From positions 1 through 62,031 of the forward strand of contig JBGCED010000007.1 of assembly GCA_045106055.1 (NCBI GenBank): DNA of 62,031 bases, read 5' to 3'. The translations under genes and the position numbers were made by a program. Numbering within the stretch: the first letter of the stretch is position 1; every line of letters begins with the position of its first letter. The notes under the pieces are model-generated. The model ran no database searches. It saw only the letters and a program-made list of their open reading frames with translations, and was not told the DNA's origin. This DNA is from Alphaproteobacteria bacterium (lineage in GTDB: Bacteria > Pseudomonadota > Alphaproteobacteria > CBDDJK01). Shown here piece after piece: positions 47,482 through 58,011 of this stretch.

Positions 47482-48726
47482 ATGCGCTTAATGAAATTTT
47501 TCTGTTTGCGGCTTGTCTTATTGGGGGGGCTTGTATTTACGCCCGCAATGATTCAGGCGCAATCGGTTGACGGTGATATGGTTGATCCGCAAGCATTCAA
47601 GGCATGGACGGCAGATTATTTAAAGCGGTACTATGCCAGCGCCCCGCCGCCAGTGGTGGCGCAAGCCTTTCGCGCGATTGAACCCATCCAAAGAGTAATA
47701 GAGCTTGACCGCGCGCAGCCTGAATTCACCCTAAGCTTTTGGCAATATATTGATCGGGTGATCAATCAAGAACGGCTTAATCGCGGGCAGGAATTAACCC
47801 AGCTTCATCAAAATTTACTGGGCGAAGTCACTCAAATTTACGGCATCCCCCCAGAAGTCATCGTTGCGTTTTGGGGGATTGAAACAGGATATGGCGCTTA
47901 TTTTGGAAAGTTTGATCTTATTCCCGCGCTTGCAACCCTAGGCTTTGATTCAAGGCGCGGTAAGTTTTTTGAACAGGAATTGACCCATGCTTTATCCTTG
48001 TTGGTTGCGGGGGATTTAAAGCTTGAAAATGCCTATGGTTCTTGGGCGGGCGCACATGGGAATTTTCAATTTATGCCAAGCTCGATGAACGCCTTTGCGC
48101 TTGATGCGGATGGTGGCGGCATTGACCTTATCCATTCCTTGACAGATGCAATGCATTCTGCGGGCAATTATTTACAGCAATCTGGGTGGAAAGCGGGGCA
48201 GCGATGGGGGCGCGAAGTGATCTTGCCGCCAAATTTTGATTACCAACAAAATTATAGCAAAATGCGCCCCTTGTCCGACTGGCAAGGGCTTGGCATCAAA
48301 ACCATTACAGGTGCGCCCTTGCCAAACGCGCAAGGCTTTAATGCAAGGCTGATCATTCCTGCGGGGCATCTTGGCCCTAAATATATGGTTTATGATAATT
48401 TTGATGTGATTTTACGGTGGAATCGTTCGAATTTCTATGCGTTGGCGGTCGGGCTGCTTGCGGATGGATTTATAAAAGCCCCGCATGCGCTGCCTGTGAT
48501 TAAAGGCGCGGCGCGCCCTAAAAATGACATAAGGCTTGATCGCGCGACCATTTTGGCGGTTCAAACCCATTTGAATAAGCTTGGCAAAGACACCAAGGGA
48601 ATTGATGGCATCTTAGGCAGCGCAACCAAGCGGGCTTTGCGCCAATGGCAGCTTGAAAATAATATGATTGCAGATGGTCATTTAAGCAAAGCGATGTTGG
48701 ATCGGATGGGAATTCATACACAATGA
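47482..48726 (+). CDS. lytic murein transglycosylase (MltB/SLT_2 family) with C-terminal peptidoglycan-binding domain
   Basis: Signal peptide after ATG 47482; FWGIETGYG (catalytic Glu), GAHGNFQFMPSS; C-terminal PGBD-like GIDGILGSATKRALRQWQ. Confidence 0.85.
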   Translation: MRLMKFFCLRLVLLGGLVFTPAMIQAQSVDGDMVDPQAFKAWTADYLKRYYASAPPPVVAQAFRAIEPIQRVIELDRAQPEFTLSFWQYIDRVINQERLNRGQELTQLHQNLLGEVTQIYGIPPEVIVAFWGIETGYGAYFGKFDLIPALATLGFDSRRGKFFEQELTHALSLLVAGDLKLENAYGSWAGAHGNFQFMPSSMNAFALDADGGGIDLIHSLTDAMHSAGNYLQQSGWKAGQRWGREVILPPNFDYQQNYSKMRPLSDWQGLGIKTITGAPLPNAQGFNARLIIPAGHLGPKYMVYDNFDVILRWNRSNFYALAVGLLADGFIKAPHALPVIKGAARPKNDIRLDRATILAVQTHLNKLGKDTKGIDGILGSATKRALRQWQLENNMIADGHLSKAMLDRMGIHTQ

Positions 48727-49754
48727 ACGATTCTATGCTTTTTAAAATGCGTATTTTTTTAATTGGAACCTTGCTGATTGTCGCTGGGTGCAGTGAAATT
48801 AATTTCATCAATGGCGCAAGTAAGAAAATTAGCTCCATGACCAGCAAGCCCGTTGATTCTGTTGATTTTAAGGGACTAACCCGCATTTCCGAGCAGGAAT
48901 ATTATAAAATTGGCGCACCTTATCAAATTAAGGGCGTTTGGTATTACCCTAAAACCGATTATGGCTATGTTGAAGAGGGGATTGCATCCTGGTATGGACC
49001 AAATTTTCATGGCAAGCAGACTGCAAATGGCGCAATCTTCAATCAAAATGACATCAGCGCAGCCCATAGAACCTTACCCATGCCGTCATTGGTGCGGGTA
49101 ACAAATTTGGAAAATGGCAAATCCTTGATTGTAAAAGTGAATGATCGCGGGCCCTTTGCCCGAAATCGGATCATTGATCTTTCAAAAGCCGCTGCCGAAG
49201 CCTTGGATATGATTGAAAAAGGAACGGCATTGGTGCGGGTTGAAATATTGGCAGCAGAAAGCATTGAAATTGCCGAGCTGGTGACGGGCAAGCAATTAAC
49301 CAATGTGCCATTAAATTTGGCAGCAAATGATTCCAAAATCCACAATCAACATTCACAAGCTGCGCCAAAATCATCAGCAATGATTGCGGTAAAACGCCAG
49401 CAGCTGGGGCTTAAACCCGCAGCTGATTTAAAACCTTCCCCAAGCACCATATCGGATCAAATGGCAAATAAGCCGCGCGCCATTTTAAGCACACCGCAGG
49501 TCAAACCGCCATTGCCTGCGATTTTTATTCAAGCGGGCGCATTTGGGCAATATCAAAATGCATTGCGGGCAAAGGCACGGATTGAACAAAAGGTAAAACC
49601 CGTCTTGATTGAACAATATAATCAATCGCAAATTCCTTTATTTCGGGTGCGCTTAGGGCCGATCTATGACACAAATAAAGCGGATAGAATGTTAAATATC
49701 GTGCAAAATTTGGGCTTTGATGATGCACATATCATTTCCCCCAGCTTGAAATAG
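48723..49754 (+). CDS. rlpA: septal ring lytic transglycosylase RlpA-family lipoprotein with C-terminal SPOR domain
   Basis: Lipobox (VAGC); DPBB core GIASWYGPNFHGKQTANG...AAHRTLPMPS..VRVTNL.NGKS..VKVNDRGPF; SPOR-like FIQAGAFGQYQNA. Confidence 0.88.
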   Translation: MNDSMLFKMRIFLIGTLLIVAGCSEINFINGASKKISSMTSKPVDSVDFKGLTRISEQEYYKIGAPYQIKGVWYYPKTDYGYVEEGIASWYGPNFHGKQTANGAIFNQNDISAAHRTLPMPSLVRVTNLENGKSLIVKVNDRGPFARNRIIDLSKAAAEALDMIEKGTALVRVEILAAESIEIAELVTGKQLTNVPLNLAANDSKIHNQHSQAAPKSSAMIAVKRQQLGLKPAADLKPSPSTISDQMANKPRAILSTPQVKPPLPAIFIQAGAFGQYQNALRAKARIEQKVKPVLIEQYNQSQIPLFRVRLGPIYDTNKADRMLNIVQNLGFDDAHIISPSLK

Positions 49755-49840
49755 GCAGGATAGGCTTGATCCTGACCTTGTAAATCTGCCCTTTTTTATC
49801 TATAAAATGCATTATGATCGATTAAAGGAACGCAACGCTT

Positions 49841-51007
49841 ATGAAAAGACTGAATTTTCTTCACGCTTATCACTTTAATATATTGATTTTTTTATGTGGC
49901 TTGCTTGTTGCCGCATTAAGCATCAATTCGGCTAACGCCCAAGACACATATCAATCACAAGCATCACAAGCGATTATGATTGATATGTTAAGCGGTGCGG
50001 TGCTTTATGACAAGAACCCTGATCAGCAGGTTGCCCCTGCATCCATGACCAAGATGATGACCGCTTATATTATTTTTGACCAGCTAAAGCGCGGCATCTT
50101 ATCAATGGAAGATAAATTTACGGTATCAGAAAAAGCGTGGCGCAAGGGCGGGTCAAAAATGTTTGTTGAAGTTGGCAAGCAAGTCACGGTGCAAGATTTA
50201 ATTCAAGGGATCATCGTTCAATCTGGCAATGATGCAACCATCGTCGCTGCCGAAGCGATTGCAGGATCAGAAGCGGCATTTGGCGAATTGATGAGCGCAA
50301 AAGCGCGTGAACTTGGCATGAATAATACGCAATTTCTAAACCCAAGCGGATGGCCAGAAGAAGGGCATTACAGCACAGTGCGCGATCTTGCCACGCTTGC
50401 CATCGCGCTGATTAATAATTTTCCAGAATATTATGACACATATCAGCAAACGGAATTTACCTATAATAATATCCGCCAATTCAACAGAAATCCGATTTTG
50501 GGTAAAATTGCAGGGGTGGACGGCTTAAAAACAGGGCATGTAGAAGCGGCAGGTTACGGGCTTACCGCATCTGCCACGCGCAATGGCAGGCGCTTGGTGA
50601 TGGTCATTCATGGGATGGAATCAGTAAAAGCGCGCGCCGAAGAAGCCGCCCGTTTGATGGAATGGGGCTATAGTCATTGGGGGCATTATAAATTTTTCTC
50701 GAAAGGCACACGCCTTACCGAAGTGCCTGTTTGGCTTGGAAGTCAAAATCAGGTTCAAGCCATCTTGGATCAAGATGTTGCAATCAGCTTGCCGCGTGAT
50801 CAATTTTCAAAGATTGAATTTCACATTAATGGCACACAGCCGCTTGAAACCCCGATCAAGGCGGGGGATAATATTGCCCAGCTACAGCTGAAAGTCGCAG
50901 ATCGCTTAATGCAAAGCTATCCGTTAATTGCGGCAAATAATGTTGAAGCCATCGGCGGCATTAACAAAATCATGGCAGGGCTGCGCTATATCTTTTTGGG
51001 GGAATAA
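49841..51007 (+). CDS. D-alanyl-D-alanine carboxypeptidase (PBP5/6-like, S11)
   Basis: SMTKMMT (SxxK), SGND (SxN), KTGHV (KTG); C-terminal PBP5_C-like domain. Confidence 0.9.
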   Translation: MKRLNFLHAYHFNILIFLCGLLVAALSINSANAQDTYQSQASQAIMIDMLSGAVLYDKNPDQQVAPASMTKMMTAYIIFDQLKRGILSMEDKFTVSEKAWRKGGSKMFVEVGKQVTVQDLIQGIIVQSGNDATIVAAEAIAGSEAAFGELMSAKARELGMNNTQFLNPSGWPEEGHYSTVRDLATLAIALINNFPEYYDTYQQTEFTYNNIRQFNRNPILGKIAGVDGLKTGHVEAAGYGLTASATRNGRRLVMVIHGMESVKARAEEAARLMEWGYSHWGHYKFFSKGTRLTEVPVWLGSQNQVQAILDQDVAISLPRDQFSKIEFHINGTQPLETPIKAGDNIAQLQLKVADRLMQSYPLIAANNVEAIGGINKIMAGLRYIFLGE

Positions 51008-51012
51008 AATTA

Positions 51013-51690
51013 ATGGCGCACGGGCAGTTTATCAGCTTTGAAGGCGGCGAGGGAGCGGGAAAAACCACTCAAATCACGCTATTTTCAGCATGGCTGCAAA
51101 GCAAAGGACACGAGGTCGTCACCACCCGTGAGCCTGGCGGGACAAAAGGCGCAGAGCATTTGCGTAACTTTATAAAATATGGGCATGAATTTGATCTTTC
51201 CCCAAAAACTGAAACCGTGCTGATTTATGCTGCCAGAATGGATCATGTTGAAAAAATCATTCGCCCCGCTTTATCGCAAGGCAAGATCGTGCTATGTGAT
51301 CGCTTCCATGATAGCACTTTGGCGTATCAAGGTGGCGCGCGCGGGGTGGATGCCGAATGGATTATGAAATTGCATTTGCATTTGATGGATGATTTTTTTC
51401 CAGACCTTACTTTTTTCCTCTCCTTACCGCCAGAACAAGGCTTGAAGCGCGCGCAAAACCGTCTGCAGGATCAGGAAAAATCGCGTGATTCCGCGCTCAA
51501 ACAGGCTGATGATCGTTTTGAAAATGCAGGACCCGAATTTCATCAGCGGGTTGCTGCCTATTTTGAACAATTGGCGCGCTTGTCGCCGCGCCGCATCGTA
51601 AAAATTGACGCTGATCAACCCGAACCCATGGTGGCAGATCAAATCTCAAGCGCTTTTTCAAATCATATGCAATCGCTTGAAGCGGATTAA
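51013..51690 (+). CDS. tmk: thymidylate kinase
   Basis: FISFEGGEGAGKTT P-loop, DRF..S..AYQG motif. Confidence 0.92.
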   Translation: MAHGQFISFEGGEGAGKTTQITLFSAWLQSKGHEVVTTREPGGTKGAEHLRNFIKYGHEFDLSPKTETVLIYAARMDHVEKIIRPALSQGKIVLCDRFHDSTLAYQGGARGVDAEWIMKLHLHLMDDFFPDLTFFLSLPPEQGLKRAQNRLQDQEKSRDSALKQADDRFENAGPEFHQRVAAYFEQLARLSPRRIVKIDADQPEPMVADQISSAFSNHMQSLEAD

Positions 51691-51693
51691 ATC

Positions 51694-52809
51694 ATGGGAA
51701 ATGGCGCAAGAACGCGCAAAAATCAAGCCGAAGCTGCGCAAATTGGGAATGAAGCCCATCCAGGCCTTACCCGAAATTTGCTGGGGCAGGATCATGCAAT
51801 AACCGAATTTTTGGAAAGCTGGAATCATAAACGCCCGCATCATGCGTGGTTGCTTCAAGGCGCACAAGGCATTGGCAAAGCGACCTTAGCATTTCATATT
51901 GCGCGTTTTATTCTGCATTTTGGGTCAAATTCTGTGCCTGAAATGGGGCTTGGCTTTACAGATCAACAAACAGACGCACTGCCAAACAGCCTTGATATTC
52001 CTGAATATTCCCCCCTATTTGATCAGCTGGTTAAGGGCGCGCATAATGATTTTCGCTATATTGCCAAGCTGGAGGATAAGACCCAGATTAATGTGGATCA
52101 AATTCGTGAATTATTGCATTTTACAAGCCTTACCGCAGGCAGTGGTGGATGGCGGATCATCATCATTGACAGTGCGAATGATTTAACCAATGCAGCTGCA
52201 AATGCATTGTTAAAATTACTAGAAGAGCCGCCAAAAAACACCATGCTGCTGCTGATTGCCCATCAAGCAGGGCGATTGCTGCCAACCATTCGATCACGCT
52301 GTCGGAATCTGGTGCTTGAACCGCTGCAAAATAATGTCATTATGGATATTCTGGGCGATCATTATCAAGCAAGCCCCCCAAGCGATAGCGGTGCTGTTCT
52401 GCCGCTTGCCCAAGGAAGCGCAGGGCGCGCTTTGAAAATTTTAAGGCTTGATGGCGCATTGATTTATAACAGCATGCTTTCAATGCTTGGCACACCCAAA
52501 TCAGATAATTTTAATGCACGCAAAAGCCTGGCGATTCAAATGACAGGCAATATGGGCAAGGAACGCTTTTCATTATTTGGTGAAATGTTAAGCTTTTGGG
52601 CGATGCAATCGTGTAAATATAAGCTTAGCAATGACAAAAAAGCCTTTTCATTTAGCCCGCTAGAGCAAGCGGCCTATGATCATTATTTTGCACCAATTAC
52701 CGCCGCTGAAGCCTTTGCGCAGCTGGAACGCTGGCAAGGCTTAATCACCAAGAATAAACCCCCTGCCAATCTTGATCCAGCGCAGCTTATTCATGTTATG
52801 TTTGGGTGA
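51694..52809 (+). CDS. holB: DNA polymerase III subunit delta'
   Basis: HAWLLQGAQGIGKATLA, IIIIDSANDL, LLEEPP, SRC motifs; conserved position after tmk. Confidence 0.8.
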   Translation: MGNGARTRKNQAEAAQIGNEAHPGLTRNLLGQDHAITEFLESWNHKRPHHAWLLQGAQGIGKATLAFHIARFILHFGSNSVPEMGLGFTDQQTDALPNSLDIPEYSPLFDQLVKGAHNDFRYIAKLEDKTQINVDQIRELLHFTSLTAGSGGWRIIIIDSANDLTNAAANALLKLLEEPPKNTMLLLIAHQAGRLLPTIRSRCRNLVLEPLQNNVIMDILGDHYQASPPSDSGAVLPLAQGSAGRALKILRLDGALIYNSMLSMLGTPKSDNFNARKSLAIQMTGNMGKERFSLFGEMLSFWAMQSCKYKLSNDKKAFSFSPLEQAAYDHYFAPITAAEAFAQLERWQGLITKNKPPANLDPAQLIHVMFG

Positions 52810-52923
52810 CATAAAAACTAAGTGGAAACCAGCAAGAAAGACTTGCATTTCAAGCAAAGCTTCGCTATGAACCAATCATTCTTATTTAAGGAAATTTTGC
52901 CTTATTTGATGATGTTACCTTAT

Positions 52924-52999
52924 GGCGGATTAGCTCAGGGGTTAGAGCAGAGGAATCATAATCCTTGTGTCCGGGGTTCAAATCCCTGATCCGCCACCA
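52924..52999 (+). tRNA. tRNA with CAT anticodon (elongator Met, or Ile2 if lysidine-modified), CCA encoded
   Basis: Manual cloverleaf: acceptor GGCGGAT/ATCCGCC, D arm GCTC-AGGGGTTA-GAGC, anticodon arm GAGGA-ATCATAA-TCCTT, variable GTGTC, T arm CGGGG-TTCAAAT-CCCTG, then ACCA. The short D loop resembles Ile2-type tRNAs. Confidence 0.85.
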
Positions 53000-53053
53000 T
53001 TTTCTTCTTAAATTGATTTCAATCTAATTTAAGTAAAATATATCTAAAGATAT

Positions 53054-56032
53054 TCAAAGAACATCACGCCCCAAAAAATCACAGGTGAGCGAAATGGCAT
53101 CGCGAATGCCGAGCTTTTCAATTTGAACCCCTTCAGGAAACGCACCATGAAGCCTTGATGGGAAGCGTTTATCCAGCATGACAAAAACGCCCTTATCATC
53201 TTTTCTGCGTACCAACCTGCCAAAGGCTTGCTTTAATTTCTGGCTAACGACTTTATCATCATAAATGCTTGATGCATTCTTGGATTGCGGGGCATTTTGA
53301 ATAAGCTGCGCGCCAAAATGCGCCTTGCGGGCTTTGTGCAATAAATCGGGGCGCGGCCATGGCACCTTATCAAATACCAGCAGCCGCAAGGATCTGCCTG
53401 GCACATCAATCCCATCACGCACAGCATCCGTGCCAAGCAAGCAGGCATTTTCTTCTGATTTAAAAATATCAATTAAATTATGATTGCTAAACGGGTCAAC
53501 ATGCTGCGCATAAAGATTATAGCCAGCTTGGGTTAAGGGGTTTATCATGCGTTGATGCGCCGCGCGCAGCCTGCCAATTGCCGTAAACAGCCCAACGCCG
53601 CCGCCGCCTGCTGCCATGAATAAATGCTGCATCGCGGATGCAATTTGATCCATTTCTTGATTGTCAATATCGCGCACTAAGATGATTTTGGTTTGATTTG
53701 GATAATCAAATGGCGACAGGGTTTTAATTTGTAAAGCGGGGCTGCTAAGATGATTTGACCCTGTAATCATTTGGGCAAAATCCCACTGATTAAAAAGATG
53801 ATTATCCCCAGAATCAGTTAAGGCTGCATCAGTTAAAGCAGGCGGGGACTGGGTCAGGGTCGCCGATGTAATCACCACGCCATGCGCCCCCGTAATGATG
53901 CTTTTTGAAAAGGGCAGGCTGGGATCAAGCCAATGTTGATAAATGCCGCAATCATAATCCATGCCATTCACGCGCTCTATGCCAAACCAGCGCACAAATT
54001 GACTGTCTTTTGGCTTGATAATATCGCTAAGCATATCCATCCATGTGGCAATATGATCGGTAATGCGCCGCTCCATTGATCTTATGATTTGGGCAAGCCG
54101 CAAGCGGGAATGCTGATCCAGCCCCTCCATATCAGTAGAAAGCCGCTTATGTAATAATTTAACCAATAATTCAGCAGGATTTTTGATGCTGGCAAGCATG
54201 TCAATCGATTGCAGAATCAGGGCTTTTAAATCGGGGCTTGCCTCATGGATTGGGCTTTCTAGGGCAAAACCCTGCATTTGACCTGATTTATTTTTATAAA
54301 CCTCGCCATGAATGGTCCATAGCAAGGCTTCAACGGGGTTTGCGTTGGTTGGCACAGGGTTAATCCCGCGTAAATATTCAGGGCGCGTGTTGCGCCAGTC
54401 AATCAAGGGCAGCAAGCTTGCATTTTGAATTAATTGCTCAAGCGCAGCCCGCGCTTCTTGTTCATTTGGATCGGTAATGATAAATTCTTCCAAACGCTGC
54501 ATGATGCCCTTGCCGCGCTTGCGCCCCTTGCCCTCTGGCCCTTTGACCCAATGCCGCATTTCCGCAATCTCTCTGCCTGTAAAATAAAGCGCAAACGCAT
54601 TATCGGCAGCATCAAACAGATGATGCCCTTCATCAAACACAAAGCGGCGAATAACGCTTTGATCATCAACATCTTCGTTTAAAAACTGAGTCATTGCCAG
54701 CGCATGATTGGCAATCACAATATCGGCTTCTTTGGCTTGGCGTTTTGCATGTTCAATAAAACATTGCTTATAATGCGGGCAAAGCGAATAAATACATTCC
54801 CCGCGCCGATCAGGCAGCCGCGCCAAACGCTGCGAATCAATAATATCGCCAAGCCAGCTTGGAAAATCGCTGCCCGTCATATCGCCATTCACCGTATGGG
54901 CGATCCAGCGCGCAATTAAGCCCATTCCGATCGAATCTTGCTTAAAAAGCCCAAGGCTGGATACTTCATCCGCATAATTTAACAGGCACAGGTAATTTTC
55001 ACGCCCCTTGCGCACAATCACCCGCTTTGCTTTTTCGGCGGGGTTGGGGAATAAGCGATCGCATTCTTTGTAAATTTGTTGCTGCAAATTGCGGGTGAAG
55101 GTTGAAATCCATACCGCGCCGCCATTGCGCTCTGCCCATAAGGATGCAGGGGCAATATAGCCAAGCGTTTTGCCAACCCCCGTTCCAGCCTCAGCCAGCA
55201 CCAAATTGGCTTGATCTTCATGCTGCTTAGGCTGAAATGCAGGGGTGATTGCTTGCGCATAATCGGTTTGCCCAGGGCGATCTTCCAGATGTTTTCCTGC
55301 CAAATAAGGATCGCTTAAATTTAACAAATCAGCAAGCCTTGCGCTTGCATCCTCGGGGCTAATTGCTTGATTATCAGGGGCAGGTAAGGGCGGCTGCTCT
55401 TGCCATTCTGCCAAATCTTGCCATATATCAAGCCCCACAAAAATATGTTTTTGCTGTTTATTATCAGATGGTTGGTTGTTATTTTTAAACGCATCAGGAA
55501 ATAAAGCAAGCAAATCTTGCGCCCATGCCCACCCTGCGGCTTGCATGGTTTTGATTAAATCATAAAGTCTGTTTTTTGCCTTATGATCCAAGGGGATCAG
55601 CGATTGCTCAAATTGTTCCAGCAGCATTGCGATTGCCTGTTTTAAGCCGCGCGCTTGATCGGTTAATTGCGGTGTTTGAACAGGGTCAATCCCGCAAGCC
55701 TGCATCACGCCAGCAATGGTTGGCAGGCAAAAGCGGGCAGGGCGCACAAAGGCAAATAATTCAAGCACATCACTGCCATAAAGTACCGCAGAATCCCCGC
55801 GTGAATTTTTTGTTTTTGCCAGTCCCAAATGGGTGATATTCGCCAAATGATGGCAAAAAACCAAACGGGGCGTTTTTCCTTTATGCAGCAAATTAACAAA
55901 TGCTTGCGGGGTCACTATATGATGTTTTTGATCATCAAACCATAATAGCACCTGATCTTGGGCGGTGACCAAAATGGCAGCTTGATCTTGCGATTTTGTA
56001 TCTATCCCCATCTTCGATGCAACCATAACCAT
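53054..56032 (-). CDS. DinG/XPD-family ATP-dependent DNA helicase with about 270-aa N-terminal extension
   Basis: Walker A AEAGTGVGKTLGY; DEAH-type FDEGHHL; four-Cys Fe-S cluster region (YLC...GECIYSLCPHYKQC); C-terminal helicase_C_2-like motifs. An alternative start at 56011 reduces the overlap with the upstream gene. Confidence 0.8.
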   Translation of the reverse strand: MVMVASKMGIDTKSQDQAAILVTAQDQVLLWFDDQKHHIVTPQAFVNLLHKGKTPRLVFCHHLANITHLGLAKTKNSRGDSAVLYGSDVLELFAFVRPARFCLPTIAGVMQACGIDPVQTPQLTDQARGLKQAIAMLLEQFEQSLIPLDHKAKNRLYDLIKTMQAAGWAWAQDLLALFPDAFKNNNQPSDNKQQKHIFVGLDIWQDLAEWQEQPPLPAPDNQAISPEDASARLADLLNLSDPYLAGKHLEDRPGQTDYAQAITPAFQPKQHEDQANLVLAEAGTGVGKTLGYIAPASLWAERNGGAVWISTFTRNLQQQIYKECDRLFPNPAEKAKRVIVRKGRENYLCLLNYADEVSSLGLFKQDSIGMGLIARWIAHTVNGDMTGSDFPSWLGDIIDSQRLARLPDRRGECIYSLCPHYKQCFIEHAKRQAKEADIVIANHALAMTQFLNEDVDDQSVIRRFVFDEGHHLFDAADNAFALYFTGREIAEMRHWVKGPEGKGRKRGKGIMQRLEEFIITDPNEQEARAALEQLIQNASLLPLIDWRNTRPEYLRGINPVPTNANPVEALLWTIHGEVYKNKSGQMQGFALESPIHEASPDLKALILQSIDMLASIKNPAELLVKLLHKRLSTDMEGLDQHSRLRLAQIIRSMERRITDHIATWMDMLSDIIKPKDSQFVRWFGIERVNGMDYDCGIYQHWLDPSLPFSKSIITGAHGVVITSATLTQSPPALTDAALTDSGDNHLFNQWDFAQMITGSNHLSSPALQIKTLSPFDYPNQTKIILVRDIDNQEMDQIASAMQHLFMAAGGGGVGLFTAIGRLRAAHQRMINPLTQAGYNLYAQHVDPFSNHNLIDIFKSEENACLLGTDAVRDGIDVPGRSLRLLVFDKVPWPRPDLLHKARKAHFGAQLIQNAPQSKNASSIYDDKVVSQKLKQAFGRLVRRKDDKGVFVMLDKRFPSRLHGAFPEGVQIEKLGIRDAISLTCDFLGRDVL

Positions 56033-56913
56033 TGTTCGGGATGTTGTTTAATCCAAGCTTCCAAGCGTTGATGCGCCCAAATGGCAAGCGCAAGCGCGTC
56101 ATCTTGGATATGATCAGCGGCGCTTTCAGGATCATTCATCGCTTCAAGTGTAATGGTAAATTTGGGATCACGCCACAAGCCTTGATCATGGCGCACACAA
56201 TGGCATAAAACCAGTTGATAATGATGCTTCAAGCCAAGCTCAAGCGGGGTGATTGCGGTCATGCATTTAGCACCAAAAAATGAAATTGGCTTGCCAGCAT
56301 TGAATTTTAAATCAAACATAAAGCCGCTATCCTTGCCCTTTAAGAAAGCGCGCACCAGCTGCTTTGCCGTATTTGCGCCTTTGGGCAGCAATTCACCTGC
56401 AAAACACCGCCTTTTTTGCTGCACCCAGCGATCAATATAAGGATTATTCACCGAGCGATAGATAAAATTAGGGTGAATGCCCGTGATGTTGGCAAGCAAG
56501 CATCCAACCTCCCAATTTCCAAAATGGGCAGCAACCAGTAAAATCGGGCGTTGCTGCTGCTTGGCGCGCTCAATCACCGCTTTGCCTTCCAGCGTGATAA
56601 AATGATCTAACCGATTGCTAATGCGCCCCATTCGGCAAAAATCGGCAAAAACAGCACCCAAATGATACCATATATTGCGCGCAAGCCGCTTTTTATCGCT
56701 GATGCTCATGGCTGGATAAACATGGTTAAGATTATTAAGCGCAGCGGTTTGTCCCCTTGTAAAACGCCCGATCCCATAAGCAATGCTGCCTGCAATCCGC
56801 GCCGCAAGCCCGTGCGGCATTGCGTTAAAGCAAAATGCCAACGCAAGCAATGCAACATATTCAAACAGATGGCGTGATTTTGTAAATAGGCTGCGGTTTG
56901 CTGCGTTTCCCAT
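56002..56913 (-). CDS. lipid A biosynthesis lauroyl/late acyltransferase family protein (LpxL/HtrB-like)
   Basis: N-terminal TM; HFGNWE (HX4E/D) acyltransferase motif; about 300 aa. Confidence 0.72.
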   Translation of the reverse strand: MGNAANRSLFTKSRHLFEYVALLALAFCFNAMPHGLAARIAGSIAYGIGRFTRGQTAALNNLNHVYPAMSISDKKRLARNIWYHLGAVFADFCRMGRISNRLDHFITLEGKAVIERAKQQQRPILLVAAHFGNWEVGCLLANITGIHPNFIYRSVNNPYIDRWVQQKRRCFAGELLPKGANTAKQLVRAFLKGKDSGFMFDLKFNAGKPISFFGAKCMTAITPLELGLKHHYQLVLCHCVRHDQGLWRDPKFTITLEAMNDPESAADHIQDDALALAIWAHQRLEAWIKQHPEQWLWLHRRWG

Positions 56914-56915
56914 GG

Positions 56916-57998
56916 CTATTTTTCTTCAGCCTTTGCGGGCGTTTGAAATAAATCCGCGTCATTATTCAGCAAGGCACGCGGCGGGTTAAGCCCCAAATAT
57001 TCCCAGCCATTGCGGGTTAGCATGCGCCCGCGCGCGGTGCGTTGCAGCAATCCTTTTTGAATTAAAAAAGGCTCAACCACCTCTTCTAGCACATCGCGTT
57101 CATTGCCAAGAGCGGCTGCCAAGGTTTCTGCGCCAACAGGCCCGCCGCCATAATTATCGGCGATTAAATGAAGATAGCGGCGATCCATTGCATCCAGCCC
57201 CAGCGCATCCACATCCAGCCTTAACAGCGATTTATCCGCACTTTCACGGGTGACCAATTTGGATTTATCCACCGTTGCAAAATCGCGCACCCGCCGCAAA
57301 AGGCGATTTGCAATGCGCGGTGTGCCGCGACTGCGCTTTGCAATTTCAGCTGCGCCCTCGCTTGAAATTGGCAGATTTAGCAATCGCGCTGAACGCTCAA
57401 TAATATAGGTTAATTCATCAATTTCATAAAAATTCATGTGAAGCGGAATGCCAAACCGTTCGCGCAAGGGGGTGGTGATCAGCCCCGCACGGGTGGTTGC
57501 CCCAATCAGGGTAAAGGGCGCAAGGTCAATCCGAACCGATCTTGCCGATGGCCCCTCGCCAATCATTAAATCCAGCTGATAATCCTCCATTGCAGGATAT
57601 AGAATTTCTTCAACCGCTGGATTAAGCCTGTGAATTTCATCAATGAACAACACATCGCGCGGCTGTAAATTTGTAAGCAAAGCCGCCAAATCGCCTGCTT
57701 TGGCGATTACAGGGCCAGAGGTTGCGCGAAACCCCACCCCAAGCTCTTTTGCCACAATTTGTGCCAAAGTGGTTTTGCCAAGCCCTGGCGGCCCGTAAAA
57801 CAAGATATGATCCATTGCATCAAGGCGATCCCTTGCAGCAGCAACAAACACAGACAGATTTTGCTTTACCGCCTTTTGACCGACAAAATCATCCAAGCTT
57901 AACGGGCGAATGGCGCGATCATGATCCTTGTTGCCGATTGAATCCTCGGTTTGGGGCATTGCAGAGACCAATCGGTCATTATGATTTGAAGCTTCCAT
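56916..57998 (-). CDS. ruvB: Holliday junction branch migration helicase RuvB
   Basis: [25 protein letters not shown] and sensor motifs. Confidence 0.95.
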   Translation of the reverse strand: MEASNHNDRLVSAMPQTEDSIGNKDHDRAIRPLSLDDFVGQKAVKQNLSVFVAAARDRLDAMDHILFYGPPGLGKTTLAQIVAKELGVGFRATSGPVIAKAGDLAALLTNLQPRDVLFIDEIHRLNPAVEEILYPAMEDYQLDLMIGEGPSARSVRIDLAPFTLIGATTRAGLITTPLRERFGIPLHMNFYEIDELTYIIERSARLLNLPISSEGAAEIAKRSRGTPRIANRLLRRVRDFATVDKSKLVTRESADKSLLRLDVDALGLDAMDRRYLHLIADNYGGGPVGAETLAAALGNERDVLEEVVEPFLIQKGLLQRTARGRMLTRNGWEYLGLNPPRALLNNDADLFQTPAKAEEK

Positions 57999-58011
57999 AA
58001 TGTTACAAGCT

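Noticed and set aside
52924-52999. Initiator tRNA-fMet
   Set aside because: Positions 1 and 72 form a normal G-C pair, and the anticodon stem lacks the three consecutive G-C pairs typical of bacterial initiators. This makes it an elongator Met or Ile2(CAU).
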